DNA of 63,239 nucleotides, filler included, from Octopus bimaculoides (Eukaryota): NCBI RefSeq assembly GCF_001194135.2. It is 5 parts of 5 records of this genome, joined end to end, with 100 filler letters (N's around TTAATTAATTAA, not from the genome) between each part and the next. Parts side by side here need not be neighbours in the genome. Positions count along the whole stretch, not along the records: positions 1 to 23,579 come from NC_068995.1; positions 23,680 to 28,861 come from NC_069001.1; 3 more parts are not named here. The stretch is one strand, 5' to 3'. The notes under the pieces are model-generated. The model saw only the letters and a list, made by a program, of their open reading frames with translations. It was not told the DNA's origin and ran no database searches. Each line of letters starts with the position of its first letter. Positions within the stretch are counted from its first letter, which is position 1. A program made the translations under genes and the position numbers. This document shows positions 15,362 through 27,968 of this stretch, one piece after another.

Positions 15362-15582
15362 TACATGTGTGCGTGTCTGTTTGTCTGTATCACCAGCACT
15401 TGATAACAGGGGTTAGCGTATGTACGTTCCCGTAACTTAGCGGTTCAGCTAGAGTGTTCGAGAGTATAAGTACAAGGATTAGCAAAAAAGTAAGCACTGG
15501 TGTCGATTCAATCGACTAAAAATTCTTAGGTGTGGAGCTCCAGCATGGCCGTGGTCTGATGACTGAAACAAGTAAAAGATTA
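14936..15582 (+). mobile_element. Family-B SINE spanning a gap
   Basis: cttcccaaccacatggttccaggttcagtc head; 3' cgtaacttagcggttc...gctccagcatggccg...tgactgaaacaagtaaaag tail. Confidence 0.85.
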
Positions 15583-15849
15583 ACGATAAAGTTACTTCAC
15601 TATCGAAATTGAAATTTTACTTACACTAACAGCTTATTTTAAGTGCAACGCCTGTTGAGAATTAAGATGAACTCACAGTTCTTTTTAAAATTCGACTTCA
15701 GGCGAAAAAACGATAAACATTTAAATTCTAAATCTAGGAATTCTGTCACACACATTGTCTATTATGCATTAAAATGTTTGTCTTATACATTCAACAGTTC
15801 CGGCGAGATCTCTGTCGTTCCATCAGAAAACTGGCTGCCACATAAAGAA

Positions 15850-16718
15850 TAATCCGAGCATCGATGTATCGTGTACTGAAGGAGGATCTCAGGATTCTCC
15901 CCTACAAGATGGTCTGCAGTCATGAGCTCACGCAAAGTTAAAAATCCATGAGAGTTTATATAATGAATATTTATTCTATCCTGCATTAGATTACTGAAGG
16001 CATGCTGCCCAACATGGTATTTACTGGTGAAAACAATTTGACATCGAACACAGTAAACCAATAGAATGACCGACTTCGAAGTGTAACTGGCTCCGTCGTT
16101 GATAGACTCGTGAATCTACGTGAAAATCCACAGTGAGTCATGTTTTGGGCAGCTGTGACGGCCAGTGGAAGGTCTCCCCTTGTGTTTGTACCCTCGGGAT
16201 GTTAAAATTAACACCCACCGATACACTCGTGACATTCCGGAAGTTGAACTGCCTCCATGAACGAATGATTACTTTCAAGGCGCACCTTGGAGCCTCCAAT
16301 AGGAAACGGCAACATTCCACAGCTCGAGACAGACACAACAATGGATTCAGAAAAAAACATTGCGTCGTTCATAGGAAAGCATGTATGACCTTCATCTCAA
16401 CCCGCTGTATGTTTCTGTTCGGTACATTTTGGAGACGAGGGTCTCGAGCATTCCTCATGCTTCTTTCGGTGCACTTAGGGCAAAACTGTGCCAGGAACGG
16501 GCTTTGATTCCCCTAGAACAAATGCGTGTCGCGTGTGAAGCATTCGCACGTAAACTTAAGGCTGTGATTCGAAACAGAAGAGTTCATATCGGATAAATAT
16601 TTTAGTGTCATAATTGTGTTTCCTTTACCATTGCATTGCAACGCTCGAGTCCGAAATATAATAATATCTTGCTTTGGCAAATTTGAAATGTTGGTTGACT
16701 TAATTTCAGGACACCCTG
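15850..16718 (+). mobile_element. Tc1/mariner superfamily (maT/DD37D-like) transposon relic with right terminal inverted repeat
   Basis: Degenerate frames LKEDLRILPYKM, VMFWAAVTASGRSPLVFVPSG and HLNPLYVSVRYILETRV (from SPDLNPLD); ends taatttcaggacaccctg|TA. Confidence 0.85.
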
Positions 16719-17001
16719 TATCTGTTTAATATTCGTAGTTATATCTATGTATGTATCTATCTATCTTTCACTATCACTCTCTCTCCCTCACTCAATATAT
16801 GAATATTGAAAAGTATTAGTTCTATGACAGAATTACGAAAATATTAATTAAATAGACGTTGAGTGAAAATATGAAGAAATCCCTTTTAATTAATATAAAC
16901 TAAAAGAGAACTGCATTTTACAATGATTGATATACAAAATTTTTGAATAACACTGAAATGCAAATCAAACAAACACATCCATACATACAAACGCACACAC
17001 A

Positions 17002-17038
<37 letters not shown>

Positions 17039-17823
17039 ACACACACACACACAAGCCCACACACAACGGACACACATAAGTATATGTAAAATTGTGGATA
17101 CCACATATTTACTCATACACATGCACCCATATGTGTGTATGTGTGTGTGTATGTATACATATATGCTTGTATATATGTATACATGTATACATGTATATGT
17201 TAGTGTTTGGGTGCGTGTGTGTGCATATTCAAAAGTTAGTTGCAAACTGTTGCAGCTTCACAATTCAACATTTTGGTGTTAGCTGTTGATTGTCTTGCAT
17301 AATACATAACAAGTTCTTACATTTCTTAGAATGTTATTGAGATGGAGTAGGTGAAAAAGAAACAAAAACTTCATATTCAATAAAAAGACATTCCTTTTGT
17401 TATTTAATAATGAGTTATAATAAATTTATAATGGATTAAAACGTATACAATTATTATTAAATCCATTAAGCAAGTAATGTCTTCAACAATATTTTTTTCT
17501 TCAGTCTTCACTGACATTTGGATCAGCGAGGCAGACATATGTAGTTTCTGCTTTGAAATGTTCGGAATAATTTAATTCACATGACAAGATATAGATGTCT
17601 GTAAAATATAAAAGGACGAGTAGTTGCGGCACCATAATGAAACTATTGTATATCTGGAGAATTTCTTCTCTAAAGAGATTTGCGAAAGATTACAGTCAGT
17701 CACAGTAGCTGTATAGAGCACGTTTTACTTAGTTAAATATAGTTTCTATGACTATATCTAATATTATTATGCTTGTGACGTTAATCGCAGACGCATACAA
17801 AGCACACATATATGCGTGTTTAC

Positions 17824-17858
<35 letters not shown>

Positions 17859-18022
17859 NNNNNNNNNNNNNNNNNNNNNNNNNNNNNNNNNNNNNNNNNN
17901 NNNNNNNNNNNNNNNNNNNNNNNNNNNNNNNNNNNNNNNNNNNNNNNNNNNNNNNNNNNNNNNNNNNNNNNNNATATACATGCATGCGCGTGTGTGTATA
18001 AGTATATATATATATATATATG

Positions 18023-18244
18023 CAAGAGGTGTGCTGAAAAGTCGCTGGCTGTGGGTAAGAGAAAATACAGGAGGATCAGTTAATTGTTGCTTTTTATTTA
18101 ACATATTTCCCTCTCAGATGCACACAGTTATTGCACCGATCTATCAGCTTTTCTAAGCACTGTGAAAGAACTCGGAGATTTGAGCTCCAGCCTGGCCTTT
18201 CGCGTTACCGTTAAAGCCAGATACTTTTCAACACCCAACTCGTA
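18023..18244. mobile_element. Non-autonomous mariner-derived MITE (~220 bp)
   Basis: Imperfect TIRs gaggtgtgctgaaaagtcgctggct / agccagatacttttcaacacccaactcgTA; the internal minus strand encodes the mariner C-terminus RCNNCVHLRGKYVK*. Confidence 0.75.
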
Positions 18245-18559
18245 TATGTATTAAGTTCATACTTGTATTTGTTTTGTCATTGTAAAAAGAATTTTACATT
18301 CATCTGAATGGTTAGTCTATATTTTTGTAAGGTACAATTACAGTCTTCAAATTTCAAATTCCAAGGCCGCATTCTAATGACACACACACACACTCACACA
18401 CACAGATGCATACTAACTTACAAGTTCAAATACACATAGGTATATACATACAATATATACATGCGTACTTCATTCATGTGTGTGTCTGTATGTGTGCTCG
18501 GGAGACAATGGAGTTGCGCATAAAATAATCCAGTCTGGTTTTTGCATTTCATGTCATTT

Positions 18560-19250
18560 ACATCACCTAATGTGGACAAACTCACAGTATCCTGCCCAAA
18601 TACTCTCACTGGCAGGTGCCGCAAATGTAACGAGGACTTTGCCTGGCCGGTTGTAATGTCGTAGTTTCTTGTTGTCGTCTTTTCTTGTCTTTCCATTTCT
18701 CCTCTTTCATTCTGTCAATCTTTTGTGTGTTCCCTCTTCTATGTTGCGTTGTCAATCACCACGATTGCTAGCAACTGCTTCCCAGTTGCTAATATTGATG
18801 TCTCAGCCCTTCATGTCCCTTCTGCAACTTCCTTTCAACCAACCTAGTGCCCCTAGCAAGCTCTCCGTAGAGTATGTCCTTGAGGATTCTGCCGTTTTCC
18901 ATTCGACTAACATGTTCAAGCCATCTGATACGTCTTTGTGTGAGATGTGCAAACATGCTTCGTATTCCTGCTTTCTTAAGGACATCTTTGTTGGGGACAC
19001 GATCCTGCCATTTAATGCCAAGGATTTTCCGGGGACGCAGCGCAGGTGAAAGATATTTAGGTGACGCTTTTTGGCGTGTGTATTGCCTCCATATCTCACT
19101 GCCATAGACTAGGCTACTAAGTACACTTGCCTGATAAATCTTCATTTTTGTGGTCTTGGTCAGCTTGCTATTGTCCCATGCTCGTTTGGAGAGTTGGGCC
19201 ATCACAGCAGCTGCCTTGCCAATGAGTATATTGAGCTCGGCATCAAGGGA
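18560..19250 (-). mobile_element. RTE-clade LINE, 5'-truncated degenerate 3' end of ORF2
   Basis: Frameshifted translation IGKAAAVMAQLSKRAWDNSKLTKTTKMKIYQASVLSSLVYGSEIW...ILGIKWQDRVPNKDVLKKAGIRSM...RRIRWLEHVSRMENGRILKDILYGEL is typical of the RTE post-RT region. Confidence 0.9.
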
Positions 19251-21870
19251 TATTTATTTTCATTTTCGAACAGGAATCCTCACTCAGGGTAGTCTTGGAA
19301 TAAGTGAAGATGTCAGGCATTATAATTAACTTGATGAATGAAATGGCCAGAAAACTTCTGCGGACATTTTTTTTGTGTTTGTAGTCACTGGAAATGTTTT
19401 CCTGCTGTAGACGCATTAGTTTACGTTGTTGTCATAATTCTTTTCTGAGAGGAAATGTGCTACTGCTGCTGTTGTTAGACCTTGTTTAAGGCATTCGATT
19501 GATGACGCATCGCATCCATTACAAACTTTGTAAGAATTGACTTCACTATCCAATGTGTTTGTCCCCTACGTAAGACTGAAATATAGTATGAGTTGAGTGA
19601 GATTCTTGAGTAATCTACAACAGATGATATCATTTTGTACAAACACTTATTAGTTAAAACGCCAAATATATGTGCTTGTTTCTAAGAATGTATGTATGTA
19701 TGTTTGTATGTATGGTAAAACTAATATGTCTTATAAATTATTAACTACAATCAATTGCACGTTCCAAGTTGACGTATCTTTTACTGTTCAAATTATTTAG
19801 CTACGTTAGTCCAATTCTCGCCGAAAGCGGCTCTATTTTAATTCTACCAGTATCGATTACATTTTCAAAAGTTTGATAGTCAATTTAAATTACTTCATTT
19901 CATTTAACTGTTTCGTCTGATGTTTCTGTAAAAATCATTTCTATGAACGTATTTATCATCCCTAAGTAACCAATACATTCATAACAAGGGCATGTTTTTT
20001 CCCCTTCATACTTCTTCAAACGGGTCGCTTAATAAGATAGTTACCAACCTATTCTTCTCTTACTGTAGCGAAGTATATTGATACCACAACAATAACAGTA
20101 TAATGCTCGCCCGAGAAACACTACTTTTTACCTAAATCAGCATTGTTTAACTACTTAAATCTTGATATATAAACAAAAGAAATGTCCTTATTGAACCTAA
20201 ATTCGAAACGTAAATAGTATCAGTTGTTCCCTGCTTATAGAATGCCAGTTCTTTGTTTTATGCTCGTAATATAACGTAATAGGAAATGATTTGTACATGC
20301 TGATGGTGTTTCAATGTACCGAGTGAGTTTATATTGTGAATTTGCAGCATAGAAACATTTGCTGTATATACTACCTATATCATCTAAGTCATTCGCAATC
20401 ACATTTAACGAATGCTACTTATAGTTGAGGAAATCACCGTCCCGCTAGCGAAGATATCTTAGGGAAAGTGCATTTGCCAGAAAGTTTGCTATTCACCAAA
20501 TGAGATGGCGCAATTTTGTTCTTAAACAAACGAAATAAGCTTATCATCTTGAAAACACTCTATAATGCTGTATACACACTATTATTATCATTTATATTTA
20601 CGTATTAGAATATGTTGAATTTGAGCTTACACAGAAACGACATTATAATTCTCCGCGTGTTTCCAAGGTTTTGACTAAATCATAAAAGAAAGGACATGGA
20701 ATACATATCTCCACTGTAGATCCTTGTATACCTTTGCAAATATCACGATCATATAAAAATAACACTCTGATTTGCAAGTATACAAGAATAGCAATTTATC
20801 GTGATAAAGCAAGGTGATCTAATACATAGAATTTTGGCTCCAGTGAAAAACAACGGTTGCAGTGTGTTTTAGTAATGCACAGTAGAAATTCAGAAACAAA
20901 GGACACAATTTCCTTGCCATAATCTCATCGTTATATAATATTACTAAACATAGAACCTAATTATATCTACGCTTCTATATGACATTATAGGCAGCAACAC
21001 CTCCGCCGAATGGAATGCTTAGAAAAGAAAATGGATTATCATCTTTATTGAATGAATGAAATTCAACATAAGCAAAATATTTATCGCTGTAATGTTTTAC
21101 GTTCCGTAATTATTTTGAATGTATTCGCAATAATAACACATCTTCTACGCCAGAGACATCTATATTTCAAATTTCCATCCTACTTGAGCTTAAACATCAT
21201 GAGTTATTTTCTCTTATGATTATCCCCGTCATTAACCTAGTCGTTGAAATTTACATAAATAGCGACTGAACATTACGCATTGCAAGTATATGCACATATT
21301 TATAATTATATATCTAATATGCGTTAGAGGAGTATGAAAGCGTATATTAACATCAACGCACACATACAAATATGTCATGTAAATGTACTTACGTACATAC
21401 ATATGGATATATATGACATGAATTATATCTATGTGTATGTTTGTTTATATATGCATCTCCGTGTTTATTTATCTATTAATCTCACCATATATATATATAT
21501 NNNNNNNNNNNNNNNNNNNNNNNNNNNNNNNNNNNNNNNNNNNNNNNNNNNNNNNNNNNNNNNNNNNNNNNNNNNNNNNNNNNNNNNNNNNNNNNNNNNN
21601 NNNNNNNNNNNNNNNNNNNNNNNNNNNNNNNNNNNNNNNNNNNNNNNNNNNNNNNNNNNNNNNNNNNNNNNNNNNNNNNNNNNNNNNNNNNNNNNNNNNN
21701 NNNNNNNNNNNNNNNNNNNNNNNNNNNNNNNNNNNNNNNNNNNNNNNNNNNNNNNNNNNNNNNNNNNNNNNNNNNNNNNNNNNNNNNNNNNNNNNNNNTA
21801 TATATGTGTGTGCGTGTGTGTGTGTGTATGTGTGTGTCTCTATAAGTATAGAGATAGGTAGGTAGGTAGG

Positions 21871-21934
<64 letters not shown>

Positions 21935-22817
21935 GATATACACATACACATACACATATACATATTAATATAATATAAAGCATATGCACCACATATATTT
22001 AATGTATATACGCATAGATATATCCATGCATACGTGCAAGCATATATACGTACAAAACACATTTTCATATTCACAGAATTATTGATCAGCACGAATTCCT
22101 GGATGTATAATTTGTGCGCGTAATTTACATCCAAGCACACGTATTTTGTAAAAGCGCACGCAAGTCATATATAGCACATCCAGACACGCACATACACCAC
22201 ACACACACATATGAACACATTGGCATACTTATGTGTAAAAGTGTGTGATTGTGCGGTGGAACGTCGTACGTCTGTGCAGGTGTGTGGACGTACGAAATCA
22301 TGTAGTGTTCGATCGTGTGCGTAAATATATGTATATATGCTGCCATTATAAATACTATTATTATAACTATATTGAATACCCAGAGAATTAACCAAAAAAG
22401 AAGAAAAGGAAAGCTTATTTGCTGTTGCTTGATTTGCTAGCATTACCAGCTAAATCTCTCTTAAATTACAATGTATTTTCTGACTTTGAAAATATGGTTA
22501 CACTTTTGCCAAAACATATGGAATACCTGGGAATGGATTGCGTCTCATCTTAAATGTGCTTGATCCGTTGTAATCAACAGATGAACAACGAAAGCAAACC
22601 GACAAGGAGCACTTTATGCTGTTGATGTTGTTGTTCTTCTTTTTTGGTGAAACATCTAAGTCTCGCTCAATTTGCTAAAAGCTTTTCAAACTATTTAGAT
22701 GTGAGAATGTGGTCCGAGAAGTACATGATCCAGTATAACACTGTATGGTTACAGAAGATGCCATTACACACGATCATGACCGAGTTAGAGAGTGAACAAA
22801 AACATCAACAAGTAACT

Positions 22818-22975
22818 GTCGCTCCATCGGTTACGACGACGAAAGTTCAAGGAACAGCCTGCTCATGAAAGTGGCTGGGAACGCTTCAAACACCTGCACC
22901 CTTAACGTAGTTCTCAGGGAGATTCAGAGTGACACAGAGTGTGACAAAGCTGGCCCTTTTAAATACAGGTACTAC
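22818..22975 (-). mobile_element. Family-C SINE, 3' part
   Basis: cggttacgacgacg...cccttaacgtagttctc...ctggcccttt matches 34163-34340. Confidence 0.82.
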
Positions 22976-23130
22976 TTGTTTTTGCCAGCTTAGTGGACTG
23001 AAGCAACATGAAATAAAGTATTCAATCCAAACATGAACGAGCAAGAAAAACACGAAAAAACAACAACGCGAGGACGTGGAATAAGTACAGTGTTATTGGA
23101 CGCTCAGGAAAGGAAAGAAAAGAAAGAGGA

Positions 23131-23163
23131 TTTCACATTTCGAGCAGAGCTCTTCATCAGGAA
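23131..23163 (-). ncRNA. Degenerate minimal hammerhead motif within a dispersed repeat
   Basis: CUGAUGA-A-GAGC(UCU)GCUC-GAAAU-GUG-AAA; homologous copies at 9784-9816 (-) and 40727-40760 (+). Confidence 0.5.
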
Positions 23164-23540
23164 TAAAGAAAAAAGTCCAAAGAAGGGAAGACGGAGAATG
23201 GAAATCGCCAACAATACACACGCAGTCAAATATTGAAATAAAGTATCATGCTCAAGGACACAAAGTGTCACCGGGAAATGAACTCATGACCTTACGATCG
23301 TGAGCCGAATACCTTAACCACAAAGCTACGCGTCTTCACAATACTACATGCACAGCGGAAACCGCTATACCACGCACTTCCCGTGTGCGTGCGAGCGCTT
23401 CGATCTGTGCTTATGCGTGTCTGTGTTTATCAATATTTACTAGGAAGAATACAGTGACTCAAAGGCAGAAAGTTTCGTGCGTTGGCACTTTGATAAGTGG
23501 AAACTTGAGGTTATGTATACATACATGCATACGTACGTAC

Positions 23541-23579
<39 letters not shown>

Positions 23580-23679
23580 NNNNNNNNNNNNNNNNNNNNN
23601 NNNNNNNNNNNNNNNNNNNNNNNTTAATTAATTAANNNNNNNNNNNNNNNNNNNNNNNNNNNNNNNNNNNNNNNNNNNN
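23580..23679. other. Artificial assembly join: 44 N + TTAATTAATTAA + 44 N
   Basis: 12-mer at 23624-23635 has stop codons in all six frames and is flanked by exactly 44 N on each side; the same construct occurs four times. Confidence 0.95.
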
Positions 23680-24099
23680 TCCCTAATATTATTATTATAT
23701 ATATATATATATAAGAAATTATAAAAGGAAAGAAAATACACACACTTTATATAGTTTAAATATAATTTTTAATATATCGACCGGTTTCGCTTTCGCTATT
23801 CATGATATTATGGTTTACTTATTTGAATATGTATTTTCTTAAGAAGAAATTTTTGTCCATGTTGTGTGTAATGATATTTACGAGTGAATGGATTCACAAG
23901 TAGAAAAATAAGGGGAGGTAATTGGTTATCGTTATTATTGTTGTTGTTGTGGGCAAGGGAGATAACTGTTCAGGGGAATATATATGTGTACACAAAAAAG
24001 GGGGTTCGAAAAACTTGTTAAAGTGAGGGGATTTATGTACAGTGATGTACAGTTGGTTATGCGTGCATAGTAAGACGTGCTCTGTATTACCTCCCCTTA

Positions 24100-24358
24100 T
24101 TTTTCTACTTCTGAAGCCATATATATATATGTATGTATGTATGTATGCGTGTGCATATATTTGTGTGACTGTTTATCCCCCAACATCATTTGGCAACCGA
24201 TGCTGGTGTGTTTACGTTCCCCGTTACCTGGCGGTTAGGCACTGGAGACCGATAGAATAAGTACTAGGTTTACAAAAAATAAGTTCTGTGGTCAATTTGC
24301 TCGACTAAAGGCGGTGCTCCAGCATGTCTGTAGTAAAACAAGTAAAAGAATAAAAGAA
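24100..24358 (+). mobile_element. Family-B SINE, 3' half
   Basis: caaccgatgctggtgtgtttacg...cgactaaaggcggtgctccagcatg...aagtaaaagaataaaag. Confidence 0.85.
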
Positions 24359-24359
24359 C

Positions 24360-24436
<77 letters not shown>

Positions 24437-24819
24437 AATGGCACGGTGCTAGAATTTTCGACTCGAGTCAAATATAAGCAACTACTCCAAATCGTTGTTT
24501 GAGTATCTGTAGAAGTGGGGACACGAGCTCGTAGTTTGTTTTGTTATCGAGTATATTAGGTGTAATAAAGATGTCAAACTAAGTAGTGGCATTTTGAAAT
24601 CATATATATATTACAAATATATATATATATACTAGGCCATGCACCTTCATCATATACACACACACACACACAAACGTGCATGTGTATATGCTTGTGTGTA
24701 TATATGTACTTGTATATGAATGTACGTATGTGTTTGCAATCTGTGTATGCCTGAGTGCACGGATACCTGAGAGAATGAGAGAAAGATAGCGATTACGAGT
24801 TCAAACTTTTGCAACATAC

Positions 24820-25006
24820 CGTTCTAAGTTCACCCATTTGAGCCTCAAGAATGCCATATCTCTTCTTCCAATCTCCAAGTTGCTTCTCCAGTTCACTTGT
24901 CCTCCTTCTGCTGGTTTCGCTGTCTGCAATGCGGCGGGCAACTTCATCGTGTAATCCATCGATTTCGGCTTGCACTCTGTCTCTCTCGTCCTGCACTTGA
25001 CGAAGT
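24820..25006 (-). CDS. Cytoplasmic intermediate filament protein, coding exon 2 (coil 1B)
   Basis: Acceptor tttgtctgtcAG|A joins exon 1 in frame (CA+A = Gln), giving ...EDLTEQLRQVQDERDRVQAEIDGLHDEVARRIADSETSRRRTSELEKQLGDWKKRYGILEAQMGELRT; donor ACG|GTATGT (phase 0); later exons lie beyond the contig end at 23680. Confidence 0.9.
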
Positions 25007-25469
25007 CTGACAGACAAATCATGCAATTGTTTTGTTAAAGAATATTATTTATCCCATGTAGGGATTGATGTGGCTAACAAACACGGTTAATATAACAAGA
25101 ATATACCAACAATATTATACAAATTATGAAAAAAAAAAGAATGAGAGAGAACAACCAAAATGTCACACTTTCATAATATTTTTTGTTAAGAAACTTAGCG
25201 TTAAGCATATATTTTAGGATAAGAAACTCCTCTTCTTATCCTGATAAATATATCAGCAAAGTTGCTTGGGAATATATATATATATATGGAAAGAACAGTA
25301 TATATTGATGTATAAATGCACATATGGCGGGAAAACCGATGAGAGAGTCAATTTTACATGGTCAAATGTCCTATTAGCCATAGCGTCTAAATATCTGTAT
25401 AATTGTACGATACTTTGTTATAAATGTTCGCACTCATTTATCAAGAAAAATAAGACAAAGTAAAGATTA

Positions 25470-25668
25470 TTTGCCAACATAATGTGGCAGTCCCGGTTGG
25501 GACGAATGTTAGTGTTGTTTAGCCTTAGGAAACATCTTCTCCATCTGGCTATACGACACACTATCTGTGTCCTAATATGTGTCGTATAGTCAGCTGGAGA
25601 CGATGTTTTCTGGCGCTGAACAACAGTAAAATTCGTCCCAACAAGGTCTGCCACTTTTTGCTGGCAAA
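25470..25668. repeat. Foldback (MITE-like) inverted repeat in IF intron 1
   Basis: ~91-bp arms with 16 mismatches around a 17-nt loop centred near 25569. Confidence 0.88.
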
Positions 25669-26208
25669 TTCATAAGCTGTAAGTAAATAAAACTCTCTAC
25701 AATTGTTAACTACATCCTTATCTTTGCACAATTTGGAGGATGGATTTTTCTCCGTGTTTATACAGATTAGGTTAATCTCGAATTCAGTTAATCCAGTCGA
25801 TTTCTGAACAGAGAATTTGTCCTATAGATATAATTAATTTGAAAAGGAGTAACGTTTTTAATAGATGGAATTACAAGTTTCACTTGAAGAACTTACAAAC
25901 TTTTCCTTGGAAAACTTCATCTTCTTAATGATTTTAACGTAAGACATTTGTCACAAAATGGAATCCACGTATAAAATTTTAAATGCATTATTTCAGAACA
26001 AAAAGCTGCAGGTTCACTATCTGCTAATTACAATCTATTGATCTTTATGCTTGCTGTCACAGATCTCGTATTTTTTTTTTAATGTTGTGCTAACTCTATG
26101 CAAATTAAGAAAATGAGATTCAGTTTTGTCATGAGTTCGTAAAGAGAAAGTTTTAAACGAATTAATAAAGGAGCGAAAAATCAAACATTAACAGGAAACT
26201 TTACTTAC

Positions 26209-26654
26209 TGTTCAGTCAAATCTTCAACTTCTTCTTCAAGCGATTCGTTTTTGGATTTCACAGCTGCAAGTTCCTTATCCTTGTCTTCGAGGAGTGCTTT
26301 TAATTCATCCAGCTGCTCTTGGAATGAGATTTTGATCACATCAACGTTAAATTCAACTTTAGCTTTATTTAAAAGCTCTTTAAGGTATTTGTTCTCAGCC
26401 TCCAGCATACGTGTTTTTTCAAGGTGGTTGGCAAGCTTTGAATTCAAACCTTGTAGGTCTCTCTTTTCTTTTTCGCTGCTACTTTTCATTTCAGCAACAC
26501 TTCTTTGGGAAGATTCTTTTGCCACCCCAGCGCTCAGAGAAATAGGTGCAGAACGGACATGAGTTACCATAGCAATTTGAGGTCCTGAACGAATAGACGT
26601 TCTTTTTTTCCTTCGAATGTGTGATGTGGAGCTTTTTATCTTAACGTCACTCAT
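26209..26654 (-). CDS. Cytoplasmic intermediate filament protein (protostome type), coding exon 1: head, coil 1A, start of coil 1B
   Basis: ATG in AACAAAAATG context; EKEKRDLQGLNSKLANHLEKTRMLEAENKYL matches the IF coil-1A motif (consensus EKxxLQxLNDRLAxYIEKVRxLExEN) and is followed by heptads; ends GAA CA|GTAAGT (phase-2 donor at 26208); 446 nt = 148 codons + 2. Confidence 0.93.
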
Positions 26655-26773
26655 TTTTGTTGTTGTTATTCAAATACTGGAATGGAATAAGAAACCCTTT
26701 ACTGTACGGGGCACAAGCGGGACACAGAAAAAAATTCTGCTGAACGATATACAACCTGCTTTCCGACACTGTG

Positions 26774-26808
26774 AAGTGACCAAATCTAAGGCGTTGTCCT
26801 GCTTTATA
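26774..26808 (-). promoter_or_regulatory. Core promoter of the IF gene: TATA box plus initiator
   Basis: Minus-strand TATAAAG at 26808-26802 and Inr-like TCACTT with its A at 26777, exactly 31 nt downstream of the first T; 123-nt predicted 5'UTR to the ATG. Confidence 0.65.
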
Positions 26809-27470
26809 TGTGCCAAAGAAGAGTTGCAGTGAGAGTGCAATAAGGTGGGATGGACTGATTGATAGAGAAAAAGAAGTGGTAATAGATACGAAGAGAGATG
26901 AAGGAGACAAAAAGTGAGAGTAGAGTAATAGTGGGAGATTTTATGTGTAGGACATGTAATATAACAAAACAAGTTCTTTTCTCCTTCTTTTATATTTCAT
27001 TCGTCCTCATTTAAAACCATATACGCTTGTGTATACGTTTGGCAAAAAAGACATGTAAAGAAAAATAATAAAATAAATCGTGTAAGTAGCACATCTTCAC
27101 GCTTCAGTTAGCTTTAGGTATAATCGTAATACATCCTCAGCCAGTCACACACCTACAATATCATAAAGGTAGACTGAGTTGCCGTCACACAAAACACTTT
27201 GTGCATACATTCTTTTGCACACAATCCACTTTCTTTTTGAACAATAAACTATATCTATGGTTACCCAATTTTCACCATGATGTCTTTTGTCAAGAGTGAT
27301 TGACAAAAGTTAGAACCTCAATAGAATAATGCCTGGTTGTAGTTATATAAATTGAGAATAAAATAAAGAATAAAATACCTTAATATACCTAAGATTCGAA
27401 AATACTGCCTCCCTCAAAATTTCACGAGTGTTTTGTTAATGACATTAGGCATAATTACTTTTGTCATATA

Positions 27471-27690
27471 AGGTGGAGAGCTGGCAGAAACTTTAGCACG
27501 CCGGGCGAAATTCTTATCGGTATTTCGTCTGCTGCTGCATTCTGAGATCAAATTCCACCGCTGTCGACTTTGCCTTTCATCCATTCAGGGTCGATAAATT
27601 AAGTACCAGTTGAACACTGGGGTCGATGTAATCAACACATCCTCTTCCCCAAAATGGCTGCCTTTGTGGCAAAATTTGAAACCACTATTA
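27471..27690 (+). mobile_element. Family-A SINE upstream of the IF promoter
   Basis: Family head and body; flanking attactt(t/t)(t/c)gtcata near-identical direct repeats. Confidence 0.88.
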
Positions 27691-27968
27691 CTTTCGTCAT
27701 AAACAGTGAATAAATAGAAACGCCAAGACACCGAAATATGATTTGCAACATTTAGTTAAGTTCTATATACTGGAAATTATATTTAGTATATAATACTTAT
27801 ATTTTTTTAAAACAGATTGAACTTTATGAATCTATTAAGTGGAATCTTTAGACACTCTTATCCGCTCTTAATTTTAGTATTGAAAAGTTTTTACTAGTTC
27901 TCTTTCCCTCACATTTTTTTCCATACACATCCGACGTATATTCTATTTACATATATCTTACATATATA

